Below are positions 57,124-64,000 of a stretch of 64,000 nt of DNA, piece after piece. Below the pieces are notes generated by a model, which did not search any database, had not been told where the DNA came from, and worked only from the letters and a program-made list of their open reading frames with translations. Both the position numbers and the translations under genes were made by a program. The stretch comes from an uncultured virus (IMG/VR IMGVR_UViG_3300013232_000195) (Duplodnaviria; Heunggongvirae; Uroviricota; Caudoviricetes): the IMG/VR virus record IMGVR_UViG_3300013232_000195; one strand, given 5' to 3'. How positions within the stretch are numbered: the stretch's first letter is position 1; each line of letters opens with the position of its first letter.

Positions 57124-57382
57124 CAATGTTCCTCCATTCACCAGCAGCCTTCCTCAACGCTTCGTTGCTTGGGTTGGGGCGTTCTTTCGACAAAAACTTG
57201 TCTGCATCAAATTCTTCTTTGCCTTGCTTACGCGCCTCCATGATCTGCCGTTGACGGAATGCAACCTCGTTAGCCAGTCGGATGCATTCCATCCGCGCCT
57301 GGATCTCAGACTCCCTTGCGCGTATCCATGCATCGTGAACGTTCCTCAGACATTCCTCGTGCCAAGCCAACTTCTTTTTCAT
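57110..57382 (-). CDS. hypothetical protein
   Basis: GGAGG RBS after repeat. Confidence 0.6.
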   Translation of the reverse strand: MKKKLAWHEECLRNVHDAWIRARESEIQARMECIRLANEVAFRQRQIMEARKQGKEEFDADKFLSKERPNPSNEALRKAAGEWRNIDEQE

Positions 57383-57419
57383 GGTCTGTCCTCCAAGGAT
57401 CGTCTGGGACCCAAATGGA

Positions 57420-57791
57420 CTAGGCCAATTCGTCAATCTTCTTCTGCGCCCACTGTTGGGCGTCAATCCAGTAGTCCTTGCCGTTCTTGACCACGACAGC
57501 CCCACCGCCGAACTCGTCCAGACGGGGCTTGCTGCAAGTATGCGCCCATGAGAAGGTGATGGCGTCCGTCAGCTTGAAACAGTTCTGGAACTCACACAGA
57601 ACATCGACGATCCGTTCCAAGTCCGCGTTCTCTTCGCTATTGAGCCAAACCGTTTTGTTGTCTTCCTGGATCTCAGCATCACAACTCGGGCCGAACTCAC
57701 CGTCCTTGTTGAGTTCCTCAGCAAGCCATGTGGCTTGCTCCTCTGTGGCGCATTCAATCTGCGTACTGAACTGAGTGTAGTTGTTCGCCAT
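57420..57791 (-). CDS. hypothetical protein
   Basis: MANNYTQFS, WA.TCSKPRLDEFGGGA motif. Confidence 0.7.
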   Translation of the reverse strand: MANNYTQFSTQIECATEEQATWLAEELNKDGEFGPSCDAEIQEDNKTVWLNSEENADLERIVDVLCEFQNCFKLTDAITFSWAHTCSKPRLDEFGGGAVVVKNGKDYWIDAQQWAQKKIDELA

Positions 57792-57828
57792 TCAAATCTC
57801 CTTTGTCTTGGTCTGGGACCCGAACATC

Positions 57829-58644
57829 CTAGTACCGCATGGCACGTAGCCGCTTTGCCCGATCCTCCTTCGCCGTCCCCCATGCCTCCTTGGTCATGTC
57901 ACCACCATACCCAGAAGCGCGGTCAGCATCGTCACGATACTCGTCCGATCCCCACAACCGCCCACCAGTCCCTCGCGTCCAGTTCACGTTGCGTAGCGCC
58001 CTCCAGAACACCCGCGCCATCGGTTCCTCATGCGCCCGATCAACCGCGTGATTGTTCTCGGACACCACCCACGTCACCACCCGCTTGTCGGCGTTAAGGT
58101 AGATGTTTCCCTCGTACCCCACGCGGAAGCTGACTGTGGCCTTGGTTGCCTTGGGGAAGTCCTTCTTCTTCGGCGCTTTTGGCCGCTTGCGGTCTGTCCA
58201 CTGGTTGCCCCAGATCTTGCCTTCGGCGTCTACGCGACGGCCCATGCCGTTGTAGCATGTTCGGTTCTTCTCGGTCACCCACGCCTCAACCCCAGTCGTG
58301 GGAGGGCAAGTATTGCCCATCACCACTTCCCTCTTGTCTTGCATGAGGGCATGGCGAACAACGTCAGACTCCAGCTTGAACCTCTCACAAAGAATCGACA
58401 AGAGCGTCCGAATTCCATCGGGACTGGTCGGCGTAAGGTTGCAGCAATGAGTCGCCAGCAACGCCTTGACCTCGGCCTTGGCGTTGTTCTTGAGAAGCCG
58501 ATCCATCTCGGTCTTGACCTTCAGGGTGTCGGCGTACCGCTTCTCTTGCAACTCGTTGTAGCCAGCTATCACGGCATCCCGCAGCTTGCGGAACTCGGCG
58601 CAAGACAAATGCCATTCGCCCTTTTCCCATTCATTGCAACTCAT
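57829..58644 (-). CDS. hypothetical protein
   Basis: Repeat-flanked 271 aa. Confidence 0.72.
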   Translation of the reverse strand: MSCNEWEKGEWHLSCAEFRKLRDAVIAGYNELQEKRYADTLKVKTEMDRLLKNNAKAEVKALLATHCCNLTPTSPDGIRTLLSILCERFKLESDVVRHALMQDKREVVMGNTCPPTTGVEAWVTEKNRTCYNGMGRRVDAEGKIWGNQWTDRKRPKAPKKKDFPKATKATVSFRVGYEGNIYLNADKRVVTWVVSENNHAVDRAHEEPMARVFWRALRNVNWTRGTGGRLWGSDEYRDDADRASGYGGDMTKEAWGTAKEDRAKRLRAMRY

Positions 58645-58691
58645 GCTTGTCTTCCTCCAAAAATGGTCTGGGACCCGATCGTGTGGTTATG

Positions 58692-58736
58692 GGGAGGCCC
58701 TGGCGCGGAGGGAGGGCCGCGCCAGGGCAGGGAGAA
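58692..58736. repeat. 45-bp hairpin element, copy 1
   Basis: 44/45 identical to 62143-62187; stem GCCCTGGCGCGG/CCGCGCCAGGGC. Confidence 0.85.
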
Positions 58737-59336
58737 CTAGGCTAGGACTTCGATCTTGGTTGGTTCGCCTGGAGTCTGCGTGACCTTGAACCGCAGACAT
58801 TCCTTTTCGAACTCGGCATTCTGCTCGGCCAGCTTGTCGTGATACGCCCTAACCGCCTCGTTGTACTGGAGCTGCGCGTCTTGTCTGAGGATCTCGCCCT
58901 TGCGCAGCTTCTTGTTGAGACTGGTCTTGAGCGCCACAATCTCGCGGTCCCATCGGCAGCGTTCCCGCCACCGTCGCGCCGACGTATTGTCGGGGCAAGG
59001 CACCATTTCGAAGTAGCTGAGGGGGCATTTCGACTCACATGGCCCCATCGACTCTTCCATGTCCTTGTAACCCCAACCCTCGTCTCGCTTTGAGTACAGC
59101 ATCATCGCCACAAAGATCCAACGGTGGGAAGCCAGCAAGTCGGGCGTTCCATCGGGCGCGGTAATGGTGTCTTCGAAGACCGCGTACAGCGTACCCTTGA
59201 AGGAACTGCCCTTGTAACACTTGGTCAGACACTTGCGGCTGACCTTGCTGCCGTCCTCACGTTCCCACTGCTGAGGCTGAACCAACTCCTCGATGACCGA
59301 ACCGCGTCTTGAACCTGGAATGAATGTCCAACCCAT
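58737..59336 (-). CDS. hypothetical protein (DUF6927-like)
   Basis: MGW..., WGYKDMEESMGP...CP, WRERC; family name from memory. Confidence 0.65.
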   Translation of the reverse strand: MGWTFIPGSRRGSVIEELVQPQQWEREDGSKVSRKCLTKCYKGSSFKGTLYAVFEDTITAPDGTPDLLASHRWIFVAMMLYSKRDEGWGYKDMEESMGPCESKCPLSYFEMVPCPDNTSARRWRERCRWDREIVALKTSLNKKLRKGEILRQDAQLQYNEAVRAYHDKLAEQNAEFEKECLRFKVTQTPGEPTKIEVLA

Positions 59337-59378
59337 TTTCGTATCCTCCCTTTCCCCTAGTCTGGGACCCGAATGGCT

Positions 59379-59753
59379 CTAGTCTTGTCCGCATGTCCTC
59401 AAGACTTCAAGGACGCGGCCCCAGACCAGCATGGTGTCTGGCTTCCAGTTGTACCATTTCTTGTCGTACGTCCACCAGTACCCGCCATGATCCAAGTCGG
59501 GGTTTTTCGCCTTCTCGTTTCCCTTGAGACTTCTCGCCGTCAAGTCAATGTCGAAGGTCACAGTTGACGTGTTCTTGCGGTTCCACTCCAGACGCAAGTT
59601 GCTGTAACAGCCTTGCGTACCATTCGTGACGAGCGACACCATGACGCAGTTGTCGGGCTTGCCGAAGACGAAGTACTGTCCAGAACGAGCGCCATGCCCC
59701 ATCAAAAGAGCGCCCAGTTCCTTTTCAATCATCTCGTTAATGGTCATCTTCAT
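59379..59753 (-). CDS. hypothetical protein
   Basis: Repeat-flanked. Confidence 0.65.
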   Translation of the reverse strand: MKMTINEMIEKELGALLMGHGARSGQYFVFGKPDNCVMVSLVTNGTQGCYSNLRLEWNRKNTSTVTFDIDLTARSLKGNEKAKNPDLDHGGYWWTYDKKWYNWKPDTMLVWGRVLEVLRTCGQD

Positions 59754-59783
59754 GTCCTCCCTTTCCAATAGTCTGGGACCCAA

Positions 59784-60026
59784 CTAGGCGCGGATCATCG
59801 CACGGGCTTCCTCGTCCCGCGCTTGCGCCTCAGTGATGTAGTAGAAGTTCACCATCGGATCGGACCATGCGGGAGCGCCCAGGTCTTCCACGATCCCCAC
59901 CGTCCGCTTCTCGTTCAGCGCCTTGTTGCAGGCGAGAACCAAGGCGAAGTCAAGGGACGGGCAATGCCGTCCTTCCACCGAGTACTTGACGCCTTCTCCC
60001 TTGTTCATCCGCAGGAACAATGACAT
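59784..60026 (-). CDS. hypothetical protein
   Basis: GGGAGG RBS. Confidence 0.6.
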   Translation of the reverse strand: MSLFLRMNKGEGVKYSVEGRHCPSLDFALVLACNKALNEKRTVGIVEDLGAPAWSDPMVNFYYITEAQARDEEARAMIRA

Positions 60027-60036
60027 GTGATCCTCC

Positions 60037-60336
60037 CTATCCGTAGACCGTTTTTCTGGCGGTCTTCCAAACCAACTTGGCTTTCTCAGTGTTTAGCCAG
60101 TCATTCCTCGCAAAGTAAGGTACCAGTTTGTACCTATGATCCCCAAAAACTAGGCTGGCATGATGTGGCCCGTTTCTGTCTTCAAACATCATGACTATTA
60201 GGTCTGAAACTCCCTTAAGACGATAATGCCATTCTTTCCACTTCTCCATTGGCGGGAACTCGGAGAACTCAGCGATCTCCCGCATGATGCAACCAAGCAG
60301 CTTTACAAGCGCTGGCTCAAGTAATTCAGAGTCCAT
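60037..60336 (-). CDS. hypothetical protein
   Basis: GGGAGG RBS after repeat. Confidence 0.6.
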   Translation of the reverse strand: MDSELLEPALVKLLGCIMREIAEFSEFPPMEKWKEWHYRLKGVSDLIVMMFEDRNGPHHASLVFGDHRYKLVPYFARNDWLNTEKAKLVWKTARKTVYG

Positions 60337-60355
60337 TGATTCCTCCCACCATAAC

Positions 60356-60583
60356 CTAGGACCCGATCGACCTACGCTTCTGGTCCGCAATCATGGCGTC
60401 CATCAAAAGGCGGAACTTGTGGATCATCTCACATATCGTTATTGCGCCAGCGTCCAGACCACTGTTGGCTTGCTTCTCAGCCGCCTTGACAGCCGTCTGG
60501 AACATGACGAAATCCCCACCTCCGTCCTCGCCAGTGAACACATCGACAATGCGGTCAACGTCTGGTTTCAGTTTGATCTTCAT
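60356..60583 (-). CDS. hypothetical protein
   Basis: ATGA overlap; stop inside repeat. Confidence 0.55.
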   Translation of the reverse strand: MKIKLKPDVDRIVDVFTGEDGGGDFVMFQTAVKAAEKQANSGLDAGAITICEMIHKFRLLMDAMIADQKRRSIGS

Positions 60584-60990
60584 GCGGCCACCTTCATTCG
60601 CCTAGACGATGCCTTCGCCTCTGTCTTCTTGGCAACGTCCCGCCGCGCCAGACTAGCGGCAGCGCCCACCGCGTTAATGACCACCAGTAGCCCCAGACAC
60701 CCTATGGCTATCGCTTGAATGCCGCTGAGGATCATCGTCCCCTCCAGCAGCATGACGAACCCCAGCGACTTGGGTTTGTTCTGGAAGGCGGCTTGCGCCC
60801 ACTCGTACACGGTCGGCGCGGAAACCAGCAACCCGCCAAGGACAATCGTCCAGAGCCAAGGCTGGCCCTTGCTCGCCTCATAGTGGGAAACGAGGTACGT
60901 CGCCACGGGGACGGTAGCCCCGAAAAGGCAACCAACCCATGCCGCCAACGGATTCTTCCAAGCCTCACGAATCTGCCGAAGAACTGTCAT
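60580..60990 (-). CDS. membrane protein
   Basis: About four hydrophobic helices; RBS after repeat. Confidence 0.7.
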   Translation of the reverse strand: MTVLRQIREAWKNPLAAWVGCLFGATVPVATYLVSHYEASKGQPWLWTIVLGGLLVSAPTVYEWAQAAFQNKPKSLGFVMLLEGTMILSGIQAIAIGCLGLLVVINAVGAAASLARRDVAKKTEAKASSRRMKVAA

Positions 60991-61039
60991 CTCCCTATCC
61001 TCCCTTTTGGCCCAGTCATAGCCTGGGACCCGATCGATG

Positions 61040-61297
61040 CTATTTCGGGACGGGAATGCACGGACCAAACAAGAGAACCCCTTGCCGTCGTTCCTCTTCC
61101 TTGGAACGACCAAAGACGTACATCCCGCCTCTTGCGACCTCAACCATGGTAATGTGTTTGCCACGCAAGGGCATGGAGAACCCTATCGACTTGGCATTGA
61201 GGACAAGGGCGGGGCTTCTGGTAAGTCCATGCTTGCCATGGTACTTGACCCAATACCATCCCTCGTCCTTCGGCGGTGTCTTCGTCCAGGTTTTCAT
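61040..61297 (-). CDS. hypothetical protein
   Basis: MKTWTKTPPKDEGWYW; GAGG RBS. Confidence 0.6.
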   Translation of the reverse strand: MKTWTKTPPKDEGWYWVKYHGKHGLTRSPALVLNAKSIGFSMPLRGKHITMVEVARGGMYVFGRSKEEERRQGVLLFGPCIPVPK

Positions 61298-61310
61298 GGC
61301 ATCCTCAAAT

Positions 61311-61385
61311 TGGAAGCATCGGTGGGAGTCGAACCCACTTAAACCCGCTTTGCAGGCGGGTACCTGGCCGTCCAGTCCCAATGCT
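61311..61385 (-). tRNA. tRNA-Cys(GCA)
   Basis: AGCATTG/CGATGCT acceptor, U73+CCA, CCCGC-CTGCAAA-GCGGG, GTGGG-TTCGACT-CCCAC; atypical short D-arm. Confidence 0.85.
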
Positions 61386-61410
61386 TCAACATCCAACGTC
61401 TAGGACCCAA

Positions 61411-61596
61411 TCAGCCCTTGATCTCCTCGGTCTTCCAGTGGGTACGCTCCTCCGTACTCTCAAACTCGTCGTCGATCTCCTCGCCCATGCCGTCCGTCTG
61501 GATCGCCTCAATGGCGAGTTCCTCGTTCTTCGCCTCCACCTCGTAGGTGGTGAAGTAAATGCGCTTCTCTTGGAACTTCACTCTGAACTTGGGCAT
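61411..61596 (-). CDS. small hypothetical protein (VEA-motif family)
   Basis: MPKF.V...YEVEAKNEELAI. Confidence 0.6.
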   Translation of the reverse strand: MPKFRVKFQEKRIYFTTYEVEAKNEELAIEAIQTDGMGEEIDDEFESTEERTHWKTEEIKG

Positions 61597-61598
61597 GG

Positions 61599-61874
61599 TC
61601 ACTCCTTCTCGTTGTAGAAGTTCATCAGCCACTCGGAATACGGCTCAATGAAAACGCCCTTCACTGGCTGCATCCCGTCCTTGAACCACCCACGTTCCCA
61701 TATCTGCATCACGGCCAGTCCAGACGTCCCCTCAAGGCAAACCGCCGCGTCTGCCGTGGCAGATCCCCAGCCCATCTCCTTCACCTTGTCCTTGCCCCAG
61801 ACGGACGCCTCGCCGTAGCCATTGTCCTTCAGCCACTTGGCAAAGTCATGGGCAGCCTTCAGAGCTTTGGTCAT
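61599..61874 (-). CDS. hypothetical protein
   Basis: GGAG RBS. Confidence 0.6.
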   Translation of the reverse strand: MTKALKAAHDFAKWLKDNGYGEASVWGKDKVKEMGWGSATADAAVCLEGTSGLAVMQIWERGWFKDGMQPVKGVFIEPYSEWLMNFYNEKE

Positions 61875-61877
61875 GGG

Positions 61878-62093
61878 TCACTCCATCGCATTCATGGCTT
61901 CGGTAAGCTCGGTCAACGGAACAACACGACAAAAATCATCGCCTTTGTTATGCTCAATGACGTGTTTTGACCCGATTGGATGACGGGCGACTTCCTTCAG
62001 GTTAGACACTAGGGGCTTGTCCCCAGTGGCGTCAATGACCATGATTACTCGACAACGCAGCCCTTGTAGCTCAAGTCTTCCAATCGCATACAT
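61878..62093 (-). CDS. hypothetical protein
   Basis: GGGAGG RBS after repeat. Confidence 0.55.
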   Translation of the reverse strand: MYAIGRLELQGLRCRVIMVIDATGDKPLVSNLKEVARHPIGSKHVIEHNKGDDFCRVVPLTELTEAMNAME

Positions 62094-62142
62094 TCGTTAT
62101 TTCCTCCCCTTAAAGTCTAGGACCCGATCGTTCTGGCACGAA

Positions 62143-62187
62143 GGGAGGCCCTGGCGCGGAGGGAGAGCCGCGCCAGGGCAGGGAGAA
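62143..62187. repeat. 45-bp hairpin element, copy 2
   Basis: Near-identical to 58692-58736. Confidence 0.85.
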
Positions 62188-62272
62188 ACTTAGTCGGGGA
62201 ATCCGCCAGCTTGGGCTTCGTCGCAATTGCCTTCGCAATTCTGGCCGCAGTACTCGCATTCAAAGCCGTTTG

Positions 62273-62560
62273 CTAGCCATTCTTCTCTTTCTCCTTGCGC
62301 TGTGCAAGCCGCTCCTCCATGGCCTTCTTGGCGGCGTCCCGTTCGACCTTGCGCATCGCGCAAGTCTTCATCAGAATCAACTCGGAGATGGAGATGGAGA
62401 TGCCGCATTCAACCTCTTGGGCGAGAAGCCGAAGCTCGACTTGGGTCGCGTTGTCGGTGATGACCTTGAGCCGAGCCATGAATTCCTGTTCGGCGGCGTG
62501 GATGTACTCCTGCGCCTCTAGGTTCAGGACACCGTATTCGTTGTAGGTCATCTTCAGCAT
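62273..62560 (-). CDS. hypothetical protein
   Basis: GGGAGG RBS after repeat. Confidence 0.6.
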   Translation of the reverse strand: MLKMTYNEYGVLNLEAQEYIHAAEQEFMARLKVITDNATQVELRLLAQEVECGISISISELILMKTCAMRKVERDAAKKAMEERLAQRKEKEKNG

Positions 62561-62594
62561 CGGCGCTTTCCTCCCCTCACCGTCTGGGACCCAA

Positions 62595-62729
62595 CTAGCC
62601 CTTGCGCTTCGGCGGCGGCAACTTGCCGTCTTCAATCAGTTTGTTCCAGGCAACCCGTTCCAGCATTTTGCCAATGTAGAAGCCAACGAAGAAATGCAGC
62701 GGACACGCGAGGATAAGTATTGTGAACAT
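62595..62729 (-). CDS. small membrane protein (44 aa)
   Basis: MFTILILACPLHFFVGFYIG...; TAG abuts repeat. Confidence 0.5.
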   Translation of the reverse strand: MFTILILACPLHFFVGFYIGKMLERVAWNKLIEDGKLPPPKRKG

Positions 62730-62734
62730 CGGCG

Positions 62735-62938
62735 TTAGTATCCTCCCGTTAACTCGACCATGTAGACCGAGTCATTGTTGTCGCGTTGCGTCTTGAACGT
62801 CACGCCTTCCCGAACGAGCTGCGAGATGAACACAGCCATCAGCTTCACGCCTTCTTCTGTCATGCTGAACAACACTTCCTTTTCCTTCACGGGGCACCGC
62901 GCCGGATAACTCAGGTTCTCTCCAAGCTTCGTATTCAT
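62735..62938 (-). CDS. hypothetical protein
   Basis: L.REGVTF...TGGY; RBS after repeat. Confidence 0.6.
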   Translation of the reverse strand: MNTKLGENLSYPARCPVKEKEVLFSMTEEGVKLMAVFISQLVREGVTFKTQRDNNDSVYMVELTGGY

Positions 62939-62974
62939 TCTCTTGTCCTCCCTTTCCAACAGTCTGGGACCCAA

Positions 62975-63238
62975 TCAGCCTTCCTCGCGGCATTCCTCGG
63001 ACGCCCGCGCAAGGTCCAGCCGCTTCCCGTTCTCGGTCGCGATGTCGTCGAAAACCGTGAGGATCGGCGTTCCGTACTCGACCTCTAGCACGATCGGCGT
63101 CCCGAAACCGTTCACCGAGTTGGCGTCCCCGAACCCCTTCGGGCGAATCAAGAGGGCGCCAGTCGATGCCATCTCGACCGTCACTTCCAGGTCGGGGCCA
63201 CCCTTGTTGTCCTTCACCTTGAATGTCGCTGATTCCAT
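62975..63238 (-). CDS. hypothetical protein
   Basis: Repeat-flanked, GGGAGG RBS. Confidence 0.65.
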   Translation of the reverse strand: MESATFKVKDNKGGPDLEVTVEMASTGALLIRPKGFGDANSVNGFGTPIVLEVEYGTPILTVFDDIATENGKRLDLARASEECREEG

Positions 63239-63285
63239 TGGCGTTTTCCTCCCTTTCCCATTGACTAGGACCCGATCGGTCGGCG

Positions 63286-63630
63286 TTAGGCCTTGCGCTC
63301 GCAAAAGAAGTCCAGCTTCTTCATGATCAAGGAAGCGACTTCGGGATAGAAGTCGGGATGAGCGGCGTTTGTGGACAAGAAGTCCAAGACCGTCCCCGCG
63401 CTCATATACTCCGAACCATGCGCCCCGAAACGGACGCAAACATGCGCCTGGTTGACGCCGATGTCCCCCTCGTGGATATACACGTCCACGGGATCAAACT
63501 CCAGCTTGTTCCGAACGAGGACCGATCCGATGTACTCGCTTTCCTTATGCCCACAACCGTCAGGCCAAGCCCGCTTGGGCAACTCCTCGATATACGCATC
63601 GAACCTGGCATGGGTCATTCGCATTCGCAT
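63286..63630 (-). CDS. hypothetical protein
   Basis: Repeat-flanked, GGGAGG RBS. Confidence 0.65.
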   Translation of the reverse strand: MRMRMTHARFDAYIEELPKRAWPDGCGHKESEYIGSVLVRNKLEFDPVDVYIHEGDIGVNQAHVCVRFGAHGSEYMSAGTVLDFLSTNAAHPDFYPEVASLIMKKLDFFCERKA

Positions 63631-63700
63631 CGTCTGTCCTCCCCTTACCAGTCTGGGACCCGAACGGGGCGGGAATGACCCGCCCCGTTCGGAACTCCCC

Positions 63701-64000
63701 TTAGTCCATCCGAGAACCCATGTAGGCCTTGATGCCAGCCTCTGCACAAACCTTGGCGAAGGCGCTGGCATACGCCTCTTTCCTCTGCATGCTCTGTCCG
63801 CCCTCGTGAACCCACAACTGCATTCCGCCGTAGTAGCCCCGCGATGCCTGCGTGTTCTTCCGAAGCCAGATCGCGAACGAGCAGTTCGCTGGCTGAATCG
63901 TGACCCACGCGAACCCGCAAACCCCGCCCTCGACAAACCATTCCTTCTTGACGGGCGATGCATCGTCCAGAGGGCTTTGCCGCTCTTGGACAACCATGGG
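63701..64000 (-). CDS. conserved phage hypothetical protein, 5'-partial
   Basis: GVCGFAWV...QSM.RKEAYA.AFA...SRMD pattern; frame open at window edge. Confidence 0.65.
   Translation of the reverse strand, partial: PMVVQERQSPLDDASPVKKEWFVEGGVCGFAWVTIQPANCSFAIWLRKNTQASRGYYGGMQLWVHEGGQSMQRKEAYASAFAKVCAEAGIKAYMGSRMD

Larger units (their letters stand above)
37046..63664 (-). repeat. dispersed oriented intergenic repeat, about 42 copies (+ strand CTRGGACCCRA; sense TYGGGTCCYAGAC)
   Basis: Copies start near 37046,38736,40082,40700,41207,41914,43029,43513,44669,44988,45914,46494,47526,47832,48566,49138,49806,50320,51050,51797,51866,52970,53526,53851,54844,55355,55879,56574,56876,57404,57813,58668,59362,59773,60356,61023,61400,62117,62584,62964,63265,63653. 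Confidence 0.95.

Noticed and set aside
61040..61396. 118-aa ORF starting at 61396
   Set aside because: Its 5' part overlaps the tRNA-Cys; the start at 61297 has an RBS.
61969..61979. GACCCGATTGG as a further repeat copy (also GGACCCGAAC at 17684)
   Set aside because: Inside coding sequence and lacks the CTRG flank; could be chance.
41914..63288. Canonical integron attC sites (TAAC overlapping stop codons)
   Set aside because: No matching GTTRRRY end or long imperfect hairpin, gaps mostly about 40 bp, and no tyrosine integrase in the window.
37046..63664. CRISPR array interpretation of the repeat
   Set aside because: Core only about 11-17 bp, intervals 70-1700 bp containing intact genes, and no cas genes seen.
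1..64000. Genome-wide TAG recoding (code 15)
   Set aside because: Standard-code ORFs tile the window densely and TAG is routinely followed by an RBS and a new start.
1..64000. IS elements or transposases
   Set aside because: No DDE or HUH transposase motifs or terminal inverted repeats recognised.

Overview
Gene-dense fragment of what is most likely a large (jumbo-type) tailed bacteriophage genome. Support: a tail-tube-like gene, three tRNA-like genes, two ATP-dependent ligase-like genes, DNA methyltransferases, an HNH nuclease, about 100 short hypothetical ORFs and no host housekeeping operons. Left arm (1.2-31 kb): + strand genes behind a uniform promoter class (TTGAnn-GTGCC...TGnTAnnnT, 16-bp spacer). 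They include GNAT, macrodomain, C5-MTase, a CUA-anticodon tRNA, two Tat-signal paralogs resembling capsid protein, a GHKL-like protein, CoaB and a CoaC-M23 fusion. A 1.2-kb non-coding hub (32.2-33.4 kb) holds a perfect 28-bp palindrome and coincides with a visible G/C skew switch. The most striking feature is the right arm (37-64 kb): a - strand array of small genes punctuated about every 600 bp by about 42 copies of one short oriented repeat (sense consensus [CCGA/CCAT]TYGGGTCCYAGAC). The repeat usually sits between a stop codon and the next RBS, like a gene-cassette or operator array. The array also carries a tRNA-Cys and a tRNA with a 16-nt anticodon-loop insertion. All assignments are by eye; no database searches were run.
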